Of a DNA stretch of 64,000 nucleotides, positions 45,067-55,310 are shown piece after piece (the stretch's first letter is position 1; each line of letters begins with the position of its first letter). A program made the position numbers and the translations under genes. Location of the stretch: assembly GCA_016214755.1 (NCBI GenBank), contig JACRNX010000031.1:18020-82019 (forward strand), given 5' to 3'. Under the pieces are notes generated by a model. It was given only the letters and a program-made list of their open reading frames with translations. It had not been told where the DNA came from and did not search any database. This stretch comes from Candidatus Falkowbacteria bacterium. GTDB taxonomy: Bacteria > Patescibacteriota > Patescibacteriia > UBA11705 > JABHMO01.

Positions 45067-46285
45067 AAATTGAAATTATTCTATCTTGCGCAACGCCTAA
45101 ATTGATTAAGGTTTTTCGCATGTCATTTTCAAACGATTGAGACGAAAGTAAAATTTTTCCGAACTCTAAACTTGATATTTGCGCTGGCGAATACACGAGA
45201 TAGCCCATTCTTTTTTTGCCATGATAATATGAATTTTTATCAATTAAGCCGCAAATAACATTTTCAAAATCAATCTGACATAACAATTCCTGCGTGTGGC
45301 AACCAGCGCCGAATATAATTAACTTTTTGCCTTTTCGTTTAAGTTCCGCCACTTCTTTTTCAATCAACAAAATTATTTTTCCCCTGACATCGTTGTTTTT
45401 TCTAAATTGACGACCGATTAACTCATTGACTTTAGATTTTGCGGAAATTATGTCTAACTTTACAGAATCATCGCCTGTTCTTTTCGGGCGGATTAAGCAG
45501 GTCAGCCATTTGCCATAATCATACCTCAGAAGATGAAAACCGGATTGATCAATTAACCAATTAAAATTTTCTAATAGATAATTGCTGGGATGGCCGGCGA
45601 ACATATCAACGAAGCCAGTTGGCGTTAAAAGAATATTGGGAATGGCAATATAGATTTGGCCATCCATTGTTAATATCTGCTTTAATCTGTTTAACTCCTC
45701 GCGCGGAAAGTCAAAATGTTCAAAAACATTATCAAGAATTATAAAATCGTATTTTCTTGACAAATCCAATTGGTCAAAGCGAATATTTTCAAATTCAAAA
45801 TAATTGTTTCCAGACAACGCTCTACCAAGCGGAAGCGAAGGGTCAATTCCTTTGGCTTGTTTAATTTTATCATGATAACAGACACAAATTTCTTTTAACA
45901 TCTTGCCGTTGCCGCAGCCTATTTCTAAAACAGAAATCGGTTCTTGCGATTCAGAAAAAAATTCATTCGCCAATTTGATAAAGGCGTTAAAATGCTGCGC
46001 CGCGCGGGCATCATTTTCTTCGGCGGATGTCTCGGCGGCGTCTATCATCGCCGAGCGATATAATTCATTAAACTGCTCGGAATCTGGATTCGGATTTTTG
46101 TAAATATGCGCGCAATCATCGCAAACAACATAATGCAGTGGCGCGCGATAAATTTCCCCGTTCGCGTCAATATATTTATAGTCAGAGTTAGAATAAAGAG
46201 ATTTAGATTTTAATGAATCGCAAACCGGGCAGTTTCGCTGGTTCATTGTGAATGTGATTTCATTATTTAATACTCTATTACTCAT
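45047..46285 (-). CDS. SAM methyltransferase with Zn ribbon and C-terminal Rossmann domain (sugar C-methyltransferase-like architecture)
   Basis: Motifs CPVC...CDDC, LEIGCGNG, FEHF and a C-terminal IFGAGCHT. Confidence 0.85.
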   Translation of the reverse strand: MSNRVLNNEITFTMNQRNCPVCDSLKSKSLYSNSDYKYIDANGEIYRAPLHYVVCDDCAHIYKNPNPDSEQFNELYRSAMIDAAETSAEENDARAAQHFNAFIKLANEFFSESQEPISVLEIGCGNGKMLKEICVCYHDKIKQAKGIDPSLPLGRALSGNNYFEFENIRFDQLDLSRKYDFIILDNVFEHFDFPREELNRLKQILTMDGQIYIAIPNILLTPTGFVDMFAGHPSNYLLENFNWLIDQSGFHLLRYDYGKWLTCLIRPKRTGDDSVKLDIISAKSKVNELIGRQFRKNNDVRGKIILLIEKEVAELKRKGKKLIIFGAGCHTQELLCQIDFENVICGLIDKNSYYHGKKRMGYLVYSPAQISSLEFGKILLSSQSFENDMRKTLINLGVAQDRIISIYENVGY

Positions 46286-46833
46286 ATTTGATCTTTCACT
46301 CGGATGTCTTCAAGGCCGCATTTCCACGGCTGGCCAGCGGTTTGTTTGATTTTAAATATTTTTTCAGTCGCGAATAAATATACAAATGCGCACAAAACAA
46401 GCGGCAATAAAGTTAAAAATAATGGGAGTGCTAATGCTTGTACGAGACCGATTTTAAACAAATAAAATTTGCTAATACGCTTCAGTTTCCAATCAATCGT
46501 GCAATGAAGCCAATTTTTTATGCCGAAGAATGTTAATAATAAAATTACGTTTTCAAATCCATTAATGTCAAATTGTTTATGCGGAATAATGGCGCTGTCA
46601 TAATGTTGACGTCGTATTTCCAAAATTGTCTTAATACTGATATTGCCAAAGCCGTAATCATCCTTTTCCTTGGTGCAATAAATCCGGCGGATGTTCTTTT
46701 GCGCCTGCAAAAAAGATGTTTGTTTTTTATTGTCCAACAAACAGATATCTGCTTGCGGAAATTCATTCGGCAAACTGCGCAAAAGTAGACCAAGTAAATC
46801 GCATTGAATTGTTCGAATAATCAAAATTTTCAT
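46282..46833 (-). CDS. hypothetical protein with a single GT9-like Rossmann domain and a C-terminal TM
   Basis: KILIIRT...ADICLL...IRRQHYDSAII followed by a hydrophobic tail. Tightly coupled to both neighbours. Confidence 0.55.
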   Translation of the reverse strand: MKILIIRTIQCDLLGLLLRSLPNEFPQADICLLDNKKQTSFLQAQKNIRRIYCTKEKDDYGFGNISIKTILEIRRQHYDSAIIPHKQFDINGFENVILLLTFFGIKNWLHCTIDWKLKRISKFYLFKIGLVQALALPLFLTLLPLVLCAFVYLFATEKIFKIKQTAGQPWKCGLEDIRVKDQI

Positions 46834-47787
46834 TTATTTGCCTTTAAAATTAAAGCCAATCGTAATTTTTTCTGCTTGTTCTGGCGTTAGAGCAATTCTC
46901 TCGTTGTATAATCTTGGCGTTTTGGCGAGGCCACTCAACAGCGCCTTTAACAAAACGCTTCGCCGCCGCGAAACGCAATCAACCGCAACGCACCAAGAAT
47001 ATTTTATCAACCAGATTAAGGTTTTTATGTTAAGCGGATAATATTTTAAAACGAACATTAAGCTGCTTCTGGCGGAAGTAAAATTTGCGATTGGATTGCC
47101 GGTTCTATAATTAAACGAGCTGTCAACCGCAAAGCCCCATTTGTTGTCATTTTTTTCAGTGTCGTCCGAGGCAAACGCATGAAAGACATAAAGGTCGCTA
47201 AAATTTTTTGCGATCATGCCCGCTTTCATTACTTTTGCCGAAATTCCCAATTCATACGGCGAAGTGTGCCCCCATTCCTCCCAATAGCCGTATTGTTCTA
47301 CGATTTCCTGGCGATATCCGCCGCCGCAACCAGACCAATAGTAATTTTCTGATTCGCTTTTTGATTCGGCCAAGTGAGCCTCGTCGTAATAATTGGCAAT
47401 AAACGCTTTCTGGTTATAGACATTGAATGCAATCAAGCCAAGCCGCGGATCGCATTCAAATTCCTTTACCATTCGGGTAACGCACTCCCTGCCTGGGAAA
47501 GAATCATCATCCAGCGATACCAAATATTTTCCAGTTGCTTCTCGGCAGGCCATGTTTCTCGCCGCGACTCCGCCGATATTTTCCATCGTTCTTAGACATT
47601 TCACTTGGGAAAATTTTTCTTTAATCGCTTCACTGCTTCCGTCCGAAGAACAATTATCAACGACAATTACTTCAATTGGCCGATAAGATTGTTCGTATAT
47701 TTTTCCCAGAGTTTTTAGTATTTCATCCTTTCGATTGTAGGTCGAGAGAAAGAAGCTGACTAGGGGATTATTCATCGTTGCCACCAT
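46834..47787 (-). CDS. glycosyltransferase family 2
   Basis: Motifs TYNR, VVDNCSSDGS, ARN and SLDDD. Confidence 0.9.
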   Translation of the reverse strand: MVATMNNPLVSFFLSTYNRKDEILKTLGKIYEQSYRPIEVIVVDNCSSDGSSEAIKEKFSQVKCLRTMENIGGVAARNMACREATGKYLVSLDDDSFPGRECVTRMVKEFECDPRLGLIAFNVYNQKAFIANYYDEAHLAESKSESENYYWSGCGGGYRQEIVEQYGYWEEWGHTSPYELGISAKVMKAGMIAKNFSDLYVFHAFASDDTEKNDNKWGFAVDSSFNYRTGNPIANFTSARSSLMFVLKYYPLNIKTLIWLIKYSWCVAVDCVSRRRSVLLKALLSGLAKTPRLYNERIALTPEQAEKITIGFNFKGK

Positions 47788-48367
47788 AAAAATATTTATT
47801 TATCTCTGTTTGTCGCAGATATTTGGCGCGGAACAGCTCCTTAACCATATGCACGATAATCAAATGAGCGTCCTCAATTCGCTCCATGGATTGCGTGTTC
47901 ACCACAATCGCCAAATCAGCTAGTTGCGAAAGTTTTCCGCCCATCTGTCCTTTATAATTGCCAGTTAATCCGATTGTAAAAACTCCTTTGCTTTTGGCGT
48001 ATTCTATGCCGCGTAAAACATTTTCCGAGTTACCGCTGCCGCTAAATCCGATTACTAAATCACTTTCATTCAAGAAAATTTTGAGTTGTCCCTCAAAAAT
48101 ATGTCCATAAGAATCATCGTTGGCGAATGCGGTCACGGCGGCGATATTATCAGTCAAGCAAAGCGTTTTTACTTCCAGGGACTTTGACCAATCGCCAGCG
48201 GCATGCACAGGCGTCGCGGCCGAACCGCCGTTGCCGATGACATAAACGGTTTTCTGCTTTTGCTTAATCTCAAACAATTTCGTGGCGATCGTGTCAATGT
48301 CATTATGACGCAAATTCGTGATCGCTGAAATTAAATCAAGTTGATATTCTTTAGTGTGCGCCTCCAT
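47768..48367 (-). CDS. gmhA: SIS-domain phosphoheptose isomerase (GmhA-like)
   Basis: Motifs GNGGSAA, TAFAND, SGSGNSENV and IEDAH. Confidence 0.85.
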   Translation of the reverse strand: MEAHTKEYQLDLISAITNLRHNDIDTIATKLFEIKQKQKTVYVIGNGGSAATPVHAAGDWSKSLEVKTLCLTDNIAAVTAFANDDSYGHIFEGQLKIFLNESDLVIGFSGSGNSENVLRGIEYAKSKGVFTIGLTGNYKGQMGGKLSQLADLAIVVNTQSMERIEDAHLIIVHMVKELFRAKYLRQTEINKYFYGGNDE

Positions 48368-48381
48368 ATGATTTTAGTTTA

Positions 48382-51024
48382 CTAATTTAAATTCCCGTGA
48401 AATTCATTTAAGAAATTTGCTACCATGAGCGGTATCCTTTTACCGTTAAAGAAGGAATATTCCAAACTGTCTTGTTCGCTCTGCGTTGTTCTTGGATGTT
48501 TATAATATCTCATTGCCCACCAAAGGTCATTCAAGCGCGGGAGGTCATCTTCCGTGTACGTCCAAATTTTCTTTTTTAATTCTGGAATTATAAACGGCCA
48601 TTCTACTGCCATAGAAAAAATTTTATGGAGATAGTTTATTTGTCTTGCGTGAGGCACATTAAGAACAGTTCGATCGTGAAAACTAGGCGCCATTGAATCA
48701 AGAAAATCATCAGGGAGCTCTCCCGCCTCCCTCGCGATAGTATTTAAATGCGTTCCAGGATAAGGTGTGCAAATGCCAACCCAGGCAAAATGTGGCTGAA
48801 TTTCCGCATTTAATTCAATAGAATCAAAATCATTTTCCAGCTTTGTTGTAGGAATGCCAACCATGCTATGGGTAGTCAAATTAATTCCGTATTTCATTGC
48901 CGAGCGGCATCCCTGAATAATTCTATCATTTGATATTATCCGGCATAAGACATTTTTTCTAACATTTTCATTGCCGCTTTCCAAACCAACAAAAATCGCT
49001 TCGCAGCCATGCTTTGCCATTTGCTCAAAACTTTCATCATCGCGCGTTTCGAGTCGGCATGAACAGATGAAAGGTTTCGTGATTTTTCTTTTATATTCAT
49101 CAAGAAATAAATAGAGGGTTTCCTTGTTAGGAAAAAATAAATCATCGTGAAAATTAAATTTAGGCGGATCATATTTATCATTAAGATACTGAAGCTCTTC
49201 AATTGTATTTTTAATGCTTACATTCCATTGCTTGCCCTTGCCGGCATAAATTTCATTGTATTTCGAATTAAAACAATATGAACAATGATACAGACAGCCG
49301 CGCGATGCCATAATATTCATCGGCCCGGTTTTATCTTCGTGACGAATGAATAATTCGCGATCAGCCCAAGGAATTTGTTCAGATGGAATTTTATTGCCGA
49401 CAGGATTTTTTACTATTCTCCCGTTGTTTTTTATATGAAGGTTGGGAATGTCATTAAAATCCATTCCCTTTTGAACTCGCTTAGCAAGCTCGGCCATGGC
49501 AATTTCACCTTCGCCAATACAAATAATATCAATTCCGTCCTGTTCAAGTTCTTCGGGGAAAAAGGTTGGATGAGAGCCGCCAACAACGCAAAGGAAATTA
49601 AATTTCTCTTTTAATTTTTTAATAAGACGCCGACACTGAATATGTTCGTGAGCCGTGATATTAAATCCAACGATGTCAGGTTTAAAAGCCATCATTATTT
49701 TTTCTATGTCGTCTCCTAGATTAATCAACGCTCCTTCAACAATATGCCCGTCTTTCTTCAATACAGTTGATAAAATTTGCAATCCTAAGGGAATTTCCTT
49801 TGAAGCGCTTGCAAGCAATATTTTTACAGGGCCTTTTTCCTGCATGCTAAATTGCACTGTCGCTGGTACCTTTTTTTGTTTTGATTGTTTTAATGAGTCA
49901 ACCACATAATGCACTTGAGTTTCATCTAAATATAGGTGTAATGGCAATGACAAAATTTTTTCGTAGGCGTTTTCTGCAATTGGAAAATCGCCCATCCTGT
50001 AGCCCAACGTTTGATACGGCGCAAAATAATGCAGCGGCGTGTAATGAACGCTCGTTTGCACTCCGAGTTCGTTTAATTTATGATAGACGGCATCGCGCGC
50101 TAAACCAAAATCTTTTTCGATCTTTATCACGTAGAAATGCCAAGATGATTTGGCGTAATCTTTTTCATTCGGAATAGTGATGCCCTCAATGTTTTTTAAT
50201 AACTCAGAATATAGTCCGGCCAATTTTTTCCTAATCGCATTGAATCTTTCAACTTTTTTTAATTGAGTGATGCCGACGGCCGCTTGTCCTTCGCTCATTC
50301 GGCAATTATAGCCGACTTGAACGCAATCCCTGAACCATGGTTTCTCCAAAACTGCTGAACCGGCGTAATTGCTCAAATATTTGATTCCATGATTTTGAAA
50401 AAGTTTAATTTTCTCCATCGCCTCGACGGTTGAAGCAGTGACTATGCCGCCTTCGCCCAGCGTTGAAATGTTTTTTTGAGTGTAAAAACTATAGGCCGCG
50501 AAATGCTCAAACGAACCGATTCGTCGAGATTTATGCTCGGCGCCGATTGCGTGGGCCGCGTCGCTGATTACAGGCAAATTGTAATGAGCGGCTAAGTCCA
50601 TTATTTTATCCATATTAGCTGGATGACCTGAATAATGAACTGGCAAAATCGCTTTTGTTTTAGCGGTTATTTTTTCTTCTATCTTATCAGCGTCAATATT
50701 TAAAGTGTCAGGTTCGACATCAACAAAAATTGGTATCGCCTTTTCCAGCATAATGACATTGGCGGTTGCCACCCAGGTGATCGGCGTGGTGATAATTTCG
50801 TCTCCGGGTTGAATGTCAATTCCTTTCAAAGCAAGGTGGAGCGCGGTCGTACAACTGGAAGTTGAAAGCGCGTATTTAGCGCCTGCAAACGCGCTAAACT
50901 CGCGTTCGAATTGCTTAATCACGTCCCATTTATTGTATTCGATCGGTTTTTCCAATAGATCAATGATCGCTTTCTTATCATCATCTTCGTAAATGTTACC
51001 TCGCTGAGCAAAATAAACTTTCAT
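48382..51024 (-). CDS. fusion of a DegT sugar aminotransferase and a B12-binding radical SAM enzyme
   Basis: N-terminal SSCTTALH, DAAHAIG and SFYTQKNISTLGEGG. C-terminal VGGSHPTF, GEGE, RGCLYHCSYC and GLESG. Confidence 0.9.
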   Translation of the reverse strand: MKVYFAQRGNIYEDDDKKAIIDLLEKPIEYNKWDVIKQFEREFSAFAGAKYALSTSSCTTALHLALKGIDIQPGDEIITTPITWVATANVIMLEKAIPIFVDVEPDTLNIDADKIEEKITAKTKAILPVHYSGHPANMDKIMDLAAHYNLPVISDAAHAIGAEHKSRRIGSFEHFAAYSFYTQKNISTLGEGGIVTASTVEAMEKIKLFQNHGIKYLSNYAGSAVLEKPWFRDCVQVGYNCRMSEGQAAVGITQLKKVERFNAIRKKLAGLYSELLKNIEGITIPNEKDYAKSSWHFYVIKIEKDFGLARDAVYHKLNELGVQTSVHYTPLHYFAPYQTLGYRMGDFPIAENAYEKILSLPLHLYLDETQVHYVVDSLKQSKQKKVPATVQFSMQEKGPVKILLASASKEIPLGLQILSTVLKKDGHIVEGALINLGDDIEKIMMAFKPDIVGFNITAHEHIQCRRLIKKLKEKFNFLCVVGGSHPTFFPEELEQDGIDIICIGEGEIAMAELAKRVQKGMDFNDIPNLHIKNNGRIVKNPVGNKIPSEQIPWADRELFIRHEDKTGPMNIMASRGCLYHCSYCFNSKYNEIYAGKGKQWNVSIKNTIEELQYLNDKYDPPKFNFHDDLFFPNKETLYLFLDEYKRKITKPFICSCRLETRDDESFEQMAKHGCEAIFVGLESGNENVRKNVLCRIISNDRIIQGCRSAMKYGINLTTHSMVGIPTTKLENDFDSIELNAEIQPHFAWVGICTPYPGTHLNTIAREAGELPDDFLDSMAPSFHDRTVLNVPHARQINYLHKIFSMAVEWPFIIPELKKKIWTYTEDDLPRLNDLWWAMRYYKHPRTTQSEQDSLEYSFFNGKRIPLMVANFLNEFHGNLN

Positions 51025-53045
51025 AAATTAATTTTATTTAAATTTCGCACTTGATAAAATAAATTTTCTGGTGCGATTTGTTCCGACATCTTTCGGAGCG
51101 ATAGATTTTTCGAGTGGGATTTATATTGGTCGAATAAACTTTTAATTAAACTTTCCTGCGTGTCTGATAAATAGAATTCATATTGAAAGTTTCCGCAAGG
51201 CAAATCGTCTTTATGGCCAGATAAGCGCCAGGTTAAAATATCAAATTCAAACATTTTGATTTTTGAACGAATAAAATCATCGTTTGTTAAGTTAATTTGT
51301 AAGTTATTTGAAAAATCCAAGACATTTTGGCATTGTTTTAAAAATAAATCCGATTGTTTTGTCGCGGCTTCGCTAAAAATTTTCTTAGCGACTTGATAAA
51401 GGAAATCATTAAAAGCGGGTTGTTTTTCCAATAAAATCTTGTAAGTGTACAAATAATTTAATTTGCCGTAATCGCCGCTTCGGAGCCGCGCGAAATTTTC
51501 CTCACGCCGCCAATAATCAAAAAGTTCTTCTTTGGTATCAAACAATTCCAAATTATGATCGCGCGAAAAATCTTTATATAATTCGTTTATTTCATGCTCT
51601 GGCGATGTAATTATCTGACTGGCTCTTAGAATTACTTCTAGCGGATGAACATTTATTTTTTTAAATAAATTCAGGAAATCATAATACCATTTTTTTGACC
51701 ACATAAATTGAATCAAAAAATGGATGAAACGAAATGAACGTAAATCAGCCATTGACATGGTGCTTGTTTCCATAACATTCTCTTCGGCGTCGAACACTTT
51801 TCTGCCCTCATAAATGCCAAAGCTCATATCAAACAATCTCCAAGCCGTGCGGCGAACAAATCTATTTCTTGACTCCTGACTGTCTAAAACCGTTCCTGGC
51901 AGTAAATGCAAATTGTAATTGAAAATTTCCGTTTCCAAATCCATCATCCTTTTGTTTGTCTCAATATGGCTCTCTTTAGTTTCCAAAGGCAGTCCCAAAA
52001 TCAGTTCCGTGGACATACCCAGTTCAGCTTTCTTAAGTTCTTGATGCAGTTTAAGTAGCTCCGACCAAGAAATATTTTTCCTTTTGACCACATCTAGCGT
52101 CGGCTGATGCAGTGTTTGCATTGAGGCGCAATATTTTGTCAATTTGCCGAATTTTTTAATAATTTTCAAAAGCAATTCTGGATTTGATTTATTCCAACAT
52201 ATGTCCACATATCCTGGATAGCTGTATTTTTGACTGCATTCATAAATCTTGTCCGCGATATCAGCGTCTCTTGGGAAAAGACCAAAATTTGCGTCTGCTA
52301 ATTCCAATATTTTGGTTTTTGTGCAACGTTGGCCAATGTATTCAATCTCCAAAATAACGCGTTCCTTACTGAAAGTCGTCACCCTTTTTGATTTTTTCCC
52401 CCAAGCGCAAAAGGCGCATTCATAAGGACAGGAACGATTTGTTTCAATAATCGGAATGTACGGCTGATTGAAAAATTCATCCAACAATCCGGAAAGATAC
52501 GGTGAAGGAATGGAATCAAGATTAACGAATCCGTCAATCAATCCGCCAATCTGAACCGCATTTTCATTAAAGATGTTGTTGACAAGACATCCTGCAATCG
52601 TCTGCTGTCTAAATTTGTTCAAATCTAAATCACATTTTAAGAATTTATCAATAATATTCTTAAATCCAATTTCGCCGGAATCAACCACAAAAGCGTCGCA
52701 ATCTTGATGTTTAGAGAAAAATTTTTTTGCTCCTTCTTCGTTGGCGTTCAGGGAGCTAAATTCTGGACCGCCGCCGACAGTGAGCGTGTCCGGAGAATAT
52801 TGTTTGGTTATTTCAAAAATTCTTTTATTTAATTGATTGACCCAGCAGTAATAAGAGAGTCCGACAACTGTCGGTTTTTCGGCTTTGATGGCGCTGATAA
52901 TTTCAGCCGGACTTTTGAAAAGTTTAATTTCTGTTTTCGGATAAAATTTAAACAAATACGCCGCCACGCTCGCCACGCCCAGCGGGAAAGCCCAGGTGCC
53001 GACTTTTTCCCAATCATGTTCCAAACTGCCTAAAAATATTTTCAT
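51021..53045 (-). CDS. B12-binding radical SAM enzyme
   Basis: Motifs PLGVASVA, VGGGPE, PSPYLSG, ETNRSCPYECAFCAW, DANFG and ELILGLPLET. Start set at MKIFLG. Confidence 0.9.
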   Translation of the reverse strand: MKIFLGSLEHDWEKVGTWAFPLGVASVAAYLFKFYPKTEIKLFKSPAEIISAIKAEKPTVVGLSYYCWVNQLNKRIFEITKQYSPDTLTVGGGPEFSSLNANEEGAKKFFSKHQDCDAFVVDSGEIGFKNIIDKFLKCDLDLNKFRQQTIAGCLVNNIFNENAVQIGGLIDGFVNLDSIPSPYLSGLLDEFFNQPYIPIIETNRSCPYECAFCAWGKKSKRVTTFSKERVILEIEYIGQRCTKTKILELADANFGLFPRDADIADKIYECSQKYSYPGYVDICWNKSNPELLLKIIKKFGKLTKYCASMQTLHQPTLDVVKRKNISWSELLKLHQELKKAELGMSTELILGLPLETKESHIETNKRMMDLETEIFNYNLHLLPGTVLDSQESRNRFVRRTAWRLFDMSFGIYEGRKVFDAEENVMETSTMSMADLRSFRFIHFLIQFMWSKKWYYDFLNLFKKINVHPLEVILRASQIITSPEHEINELYKDFSRDHNLELFDTKEELFDYWRREENFARLRSGDYGKLNYLYTYKILLEKQPAFNDFLYQVAKKIFSEAATKQSDLFLKQCQNVLDFSNNLQINLTNDDFIRSKIKMFEFDILTWRLSGHKDDLPCGNFQYEFYLSDTQESLIKSLFDQYKSHSKNLSLRKMSEQIAPENLFYQVRNLNKINL

Positions 53046-53058
53046 CTTTAATATTATT

Positions 53059-54099
53059 TTATTTGTCAGTCCACCGCAAAAAATCATCTAAACGCTTATC
53101 GCTTTGCAGCCGCTTTAATTGCAACAAGCGGTGGCAATGATAATCGCGAAACATTTGTTCGCTAAAATTTACTTCTCGAAAAAAATTAACCAGTTCTTCT
53201 CCACCTCGTTCCAAATTCCAAGCCGGTTTATAATAATCTTTTAACTGGTTTAAAATTTTTTTGAAACTGACGCGGTATGTTCGTGAATCGCGGCCGTGCT
53301 CACCGGTAAAAACCAATTCGCTCCCTTTAACAGCCTTTTGAGCAGCTTCAGCCAAATCGCGGACAGTGTAATTGCCATTTTCAATTCCCACATTAAATGA
53401 TTGTCCGGATATTAGCTCTCGCGGCGCCGTTAATCCGGCGATAAACGCGTTGCTCACATCTTGGACGTGAACAACCGGCCGCCATGGCGTGCCGTCGCTT
53501 TTGATTTCAATCTTATGAGTGGTATAGGCGCAAGCAACTAAATTATTAAACACAATGTCGCAACGGAGCCGCGGACTGGCGCCAAAAACCGTTGATGGTC
53601 TCATGCAGACGACAGTAAAATTTTCTGAACAGATTCCTTTTATTGCGCACTCTGCCTGCCATTTTGTTTTCGCGTACGCCGTCAAAGGATTTTTTTCACT
53701 ATTATCCTCATCCAGTTCCTCGCCGCTGTTTGCTATCCCGTACATACTTTGAGAAGACGAATAAACAAATCTTTTAATCCCATTTGCTTTTGCCAATTCG
53801 GCCAGTTTGACTGTTGCTCGAAAATTTATTTCTTCGGTTAATGCGGGATTTAATTCTCCGAGAGGATCGTTAGACAGAGCGGCGAGATGAATAATCGCGT
53901 CAATGCCCCGCAAATCTTCGGCGCAAACATCGCGAATATCTTTGATAATTTGTTTTACCGGATAATCAATTTTTTTCAATCCGCAATCCTGATAAAAATC
54001 CGAGTCATAGCCGATTACATTAAAACCGCCTTCTAAAAGTTTTTTAGACAAGATCGAACCAATATAACCAAGATTGCCAGTGAGCAAGATGTTTTTCAT
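53059..54099 (-). CDS. NAD-dependent NDP-sugar epimerase/dehydratase
   Basis: Motifs TGNLGYIGS, HLAALSNDPLG, YAKTK and DGTPWRP. Confidence 0.9.
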   Translation of the reverse strand: MKNILLTGNLGYIGSILSKKLLEGGFNVIGYDSDFYQDCGLKKIDYPVKQIIKDIRDVCAEDLRGIDAIIHLAALSNDPLGELNPALTEEINFRATVKLAELAKANGIKRFVYSSSQSMYGIANSGEELDEDNSEKNPLTAYAKTKWQAECAIKGICSENFTVVCMRPSTVFGASPRLRCDIVFNNLVACAYTTHKIEIKSDGTPWRPVVHVQDVSNAFIAGLTAPRELISGQSFNVGIENGNYTVRDLAEAAQKAVKGSELVFTGEHGRDSRTYRVSFKKILNQLKDYYKPAWNLERGGEELVNFFREVNFSEQMFRDYHCHRLLQLKRLQSDKRLDDFLRWTDK

Positions 54100-54109
54100 A
54101 AAATTAATT

Positions 54110-55303
54110 TTATTTGATTATCTCGACGGCTATTTGCCATAAATCCTTATCTGACGACACCAAAAAGGTTTTTACCTCGGCCGCTTCACCTGCCTGCCGG
54201 TCGGTTTCATCGTCACCGATATAAATCGCCTCGCTTAAATTAAGATGATGCTCTCGCGCTGCTTGGAAAAACATTCCTGGTTTTGGTTTCCGGCATTCGC
54301 AGTCATCGTCGCTTGAGTGGGGACAATAATAAATGGCGTTTACCTCGATATTGTTTTTCATCAGTTCCTCGTTCATGCGGCGATGAATGTCGTTCAAATC
54401 CTCTATGGTCATCAAGCCACGGCTGATACCCCGCTGATTTGTGACAATGTAAAAAACATATCCGTTTGATTTGAGCAGTTTTAACGCCGGGATAACCGAC
54501 GGCAAAAACTCAAACTCTTCCCATTTTTTGACATAATCATGGCTGGGCATTTTTTTATTAATTACGCCATCGCGGTCGAGAAAAATTACTTTTTTATGAG
54601 CTAAAAAGCTTTCCGCTCTCTTCAGATATTCAATGTTTGTTATCGGATAATAGGGATGGTCCGTTCGATAGCCGATTAATTGATTCTGTTCTATCAATTT
54701 TGGGAAGATAACAGTTTGAAACGAAAAGTTATCAGCCGGCATCATCTCCAGCACTTTCTTGTTTAGGATAAAAAAACCGATTTCCGTTCCGTTTAATCTT
54801 TCGTCTTGACGCGTTTGGTCATAAAAAATAACGCGTCCATCAGCGCCAACCGCAATATTGTTTTCAAATCCGTACTCTCCCGCGCCGTCTTTGTTATTAT
54901 AAACAGTTGTCATCGCCAACACGTTTTTTGAACGATAAAAATTCAGCATCTTCGGCAGATTCATCGGCCAATAATTATCGCCGTACATCACGAGAAACTC
55001 GTCGTGAAGCATGTCAGCAGCATTGTGTATCCGAGCGCCGGTTTCATCTTCAACCGTTCCAATGGAGTATTTTATTAGCAAGCCGAATTTGCTGCCGTCG
55101 CCAAAATATTCAGTGATTTTTTCCGCCAAATATCCCGACAAAATTACGACTTCTTCAATGCCATTTTTTTTAAGCAACTCAATTAAATACTCCAAAAAAG
55201 GTCTTCCGTTTATTGGAATCATCGGCTTCGGAATTGTCTCAGTTAGCGGCCTTAATCTTGCGCCTAATCCGCCAGCTAAAATCACTGCCTGTTTAACGCT
55301 CAT
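54110..55303 (-). CDS. fusion of heptose-1-phosphate guanylyltransferase (HddC-like) and heptose-1,7-bisphosphate phosphatase (GmhB)
   Basis: N-terminal ILAGGLGARL..PKPM and YGD. C-terminal FLDRDGVIN, TNQRG, CPH and CRKPKPGM. Start set at MSVKQAV. Confidence 0.9.
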   Translation of the reverse strand: MSVKQAVILAGGLGARLRPLTETIPKPMIPINGRPFLEYLIELLKKNGIEEVVILSGYLAEKITEYFGDGSKFGLLIKYSIGTVEDETGARIHNAADMLHDEFLVMYGDNYWPMNLPKMLNFYRSKNVLAMTTVYNNKDGAGEYGFENNIAVGADGRVIFYDQTRQDERLNGTEIGFFILNKKVLEMMPADNFSFQTVIFPKLIEQNQLIGYRTDHPYYPITNIEYLKRAESFLAHKKVIFLDRDGVINKKMPSHDYVKKWEEFEFLPSVIPALKLLKSNGYVFYIVTNQRGISRGLMTIEDLNDIHRRMNEELMKNNIEVNAIYYCPHSSDDDCECRKPKPGMFFQAAREHHLNLSEAIYIGDDETDRQAGEAAEVKTFLVSSDKDLWQIAVEIIK

Positions 55304-55310
55304 ACATGAA

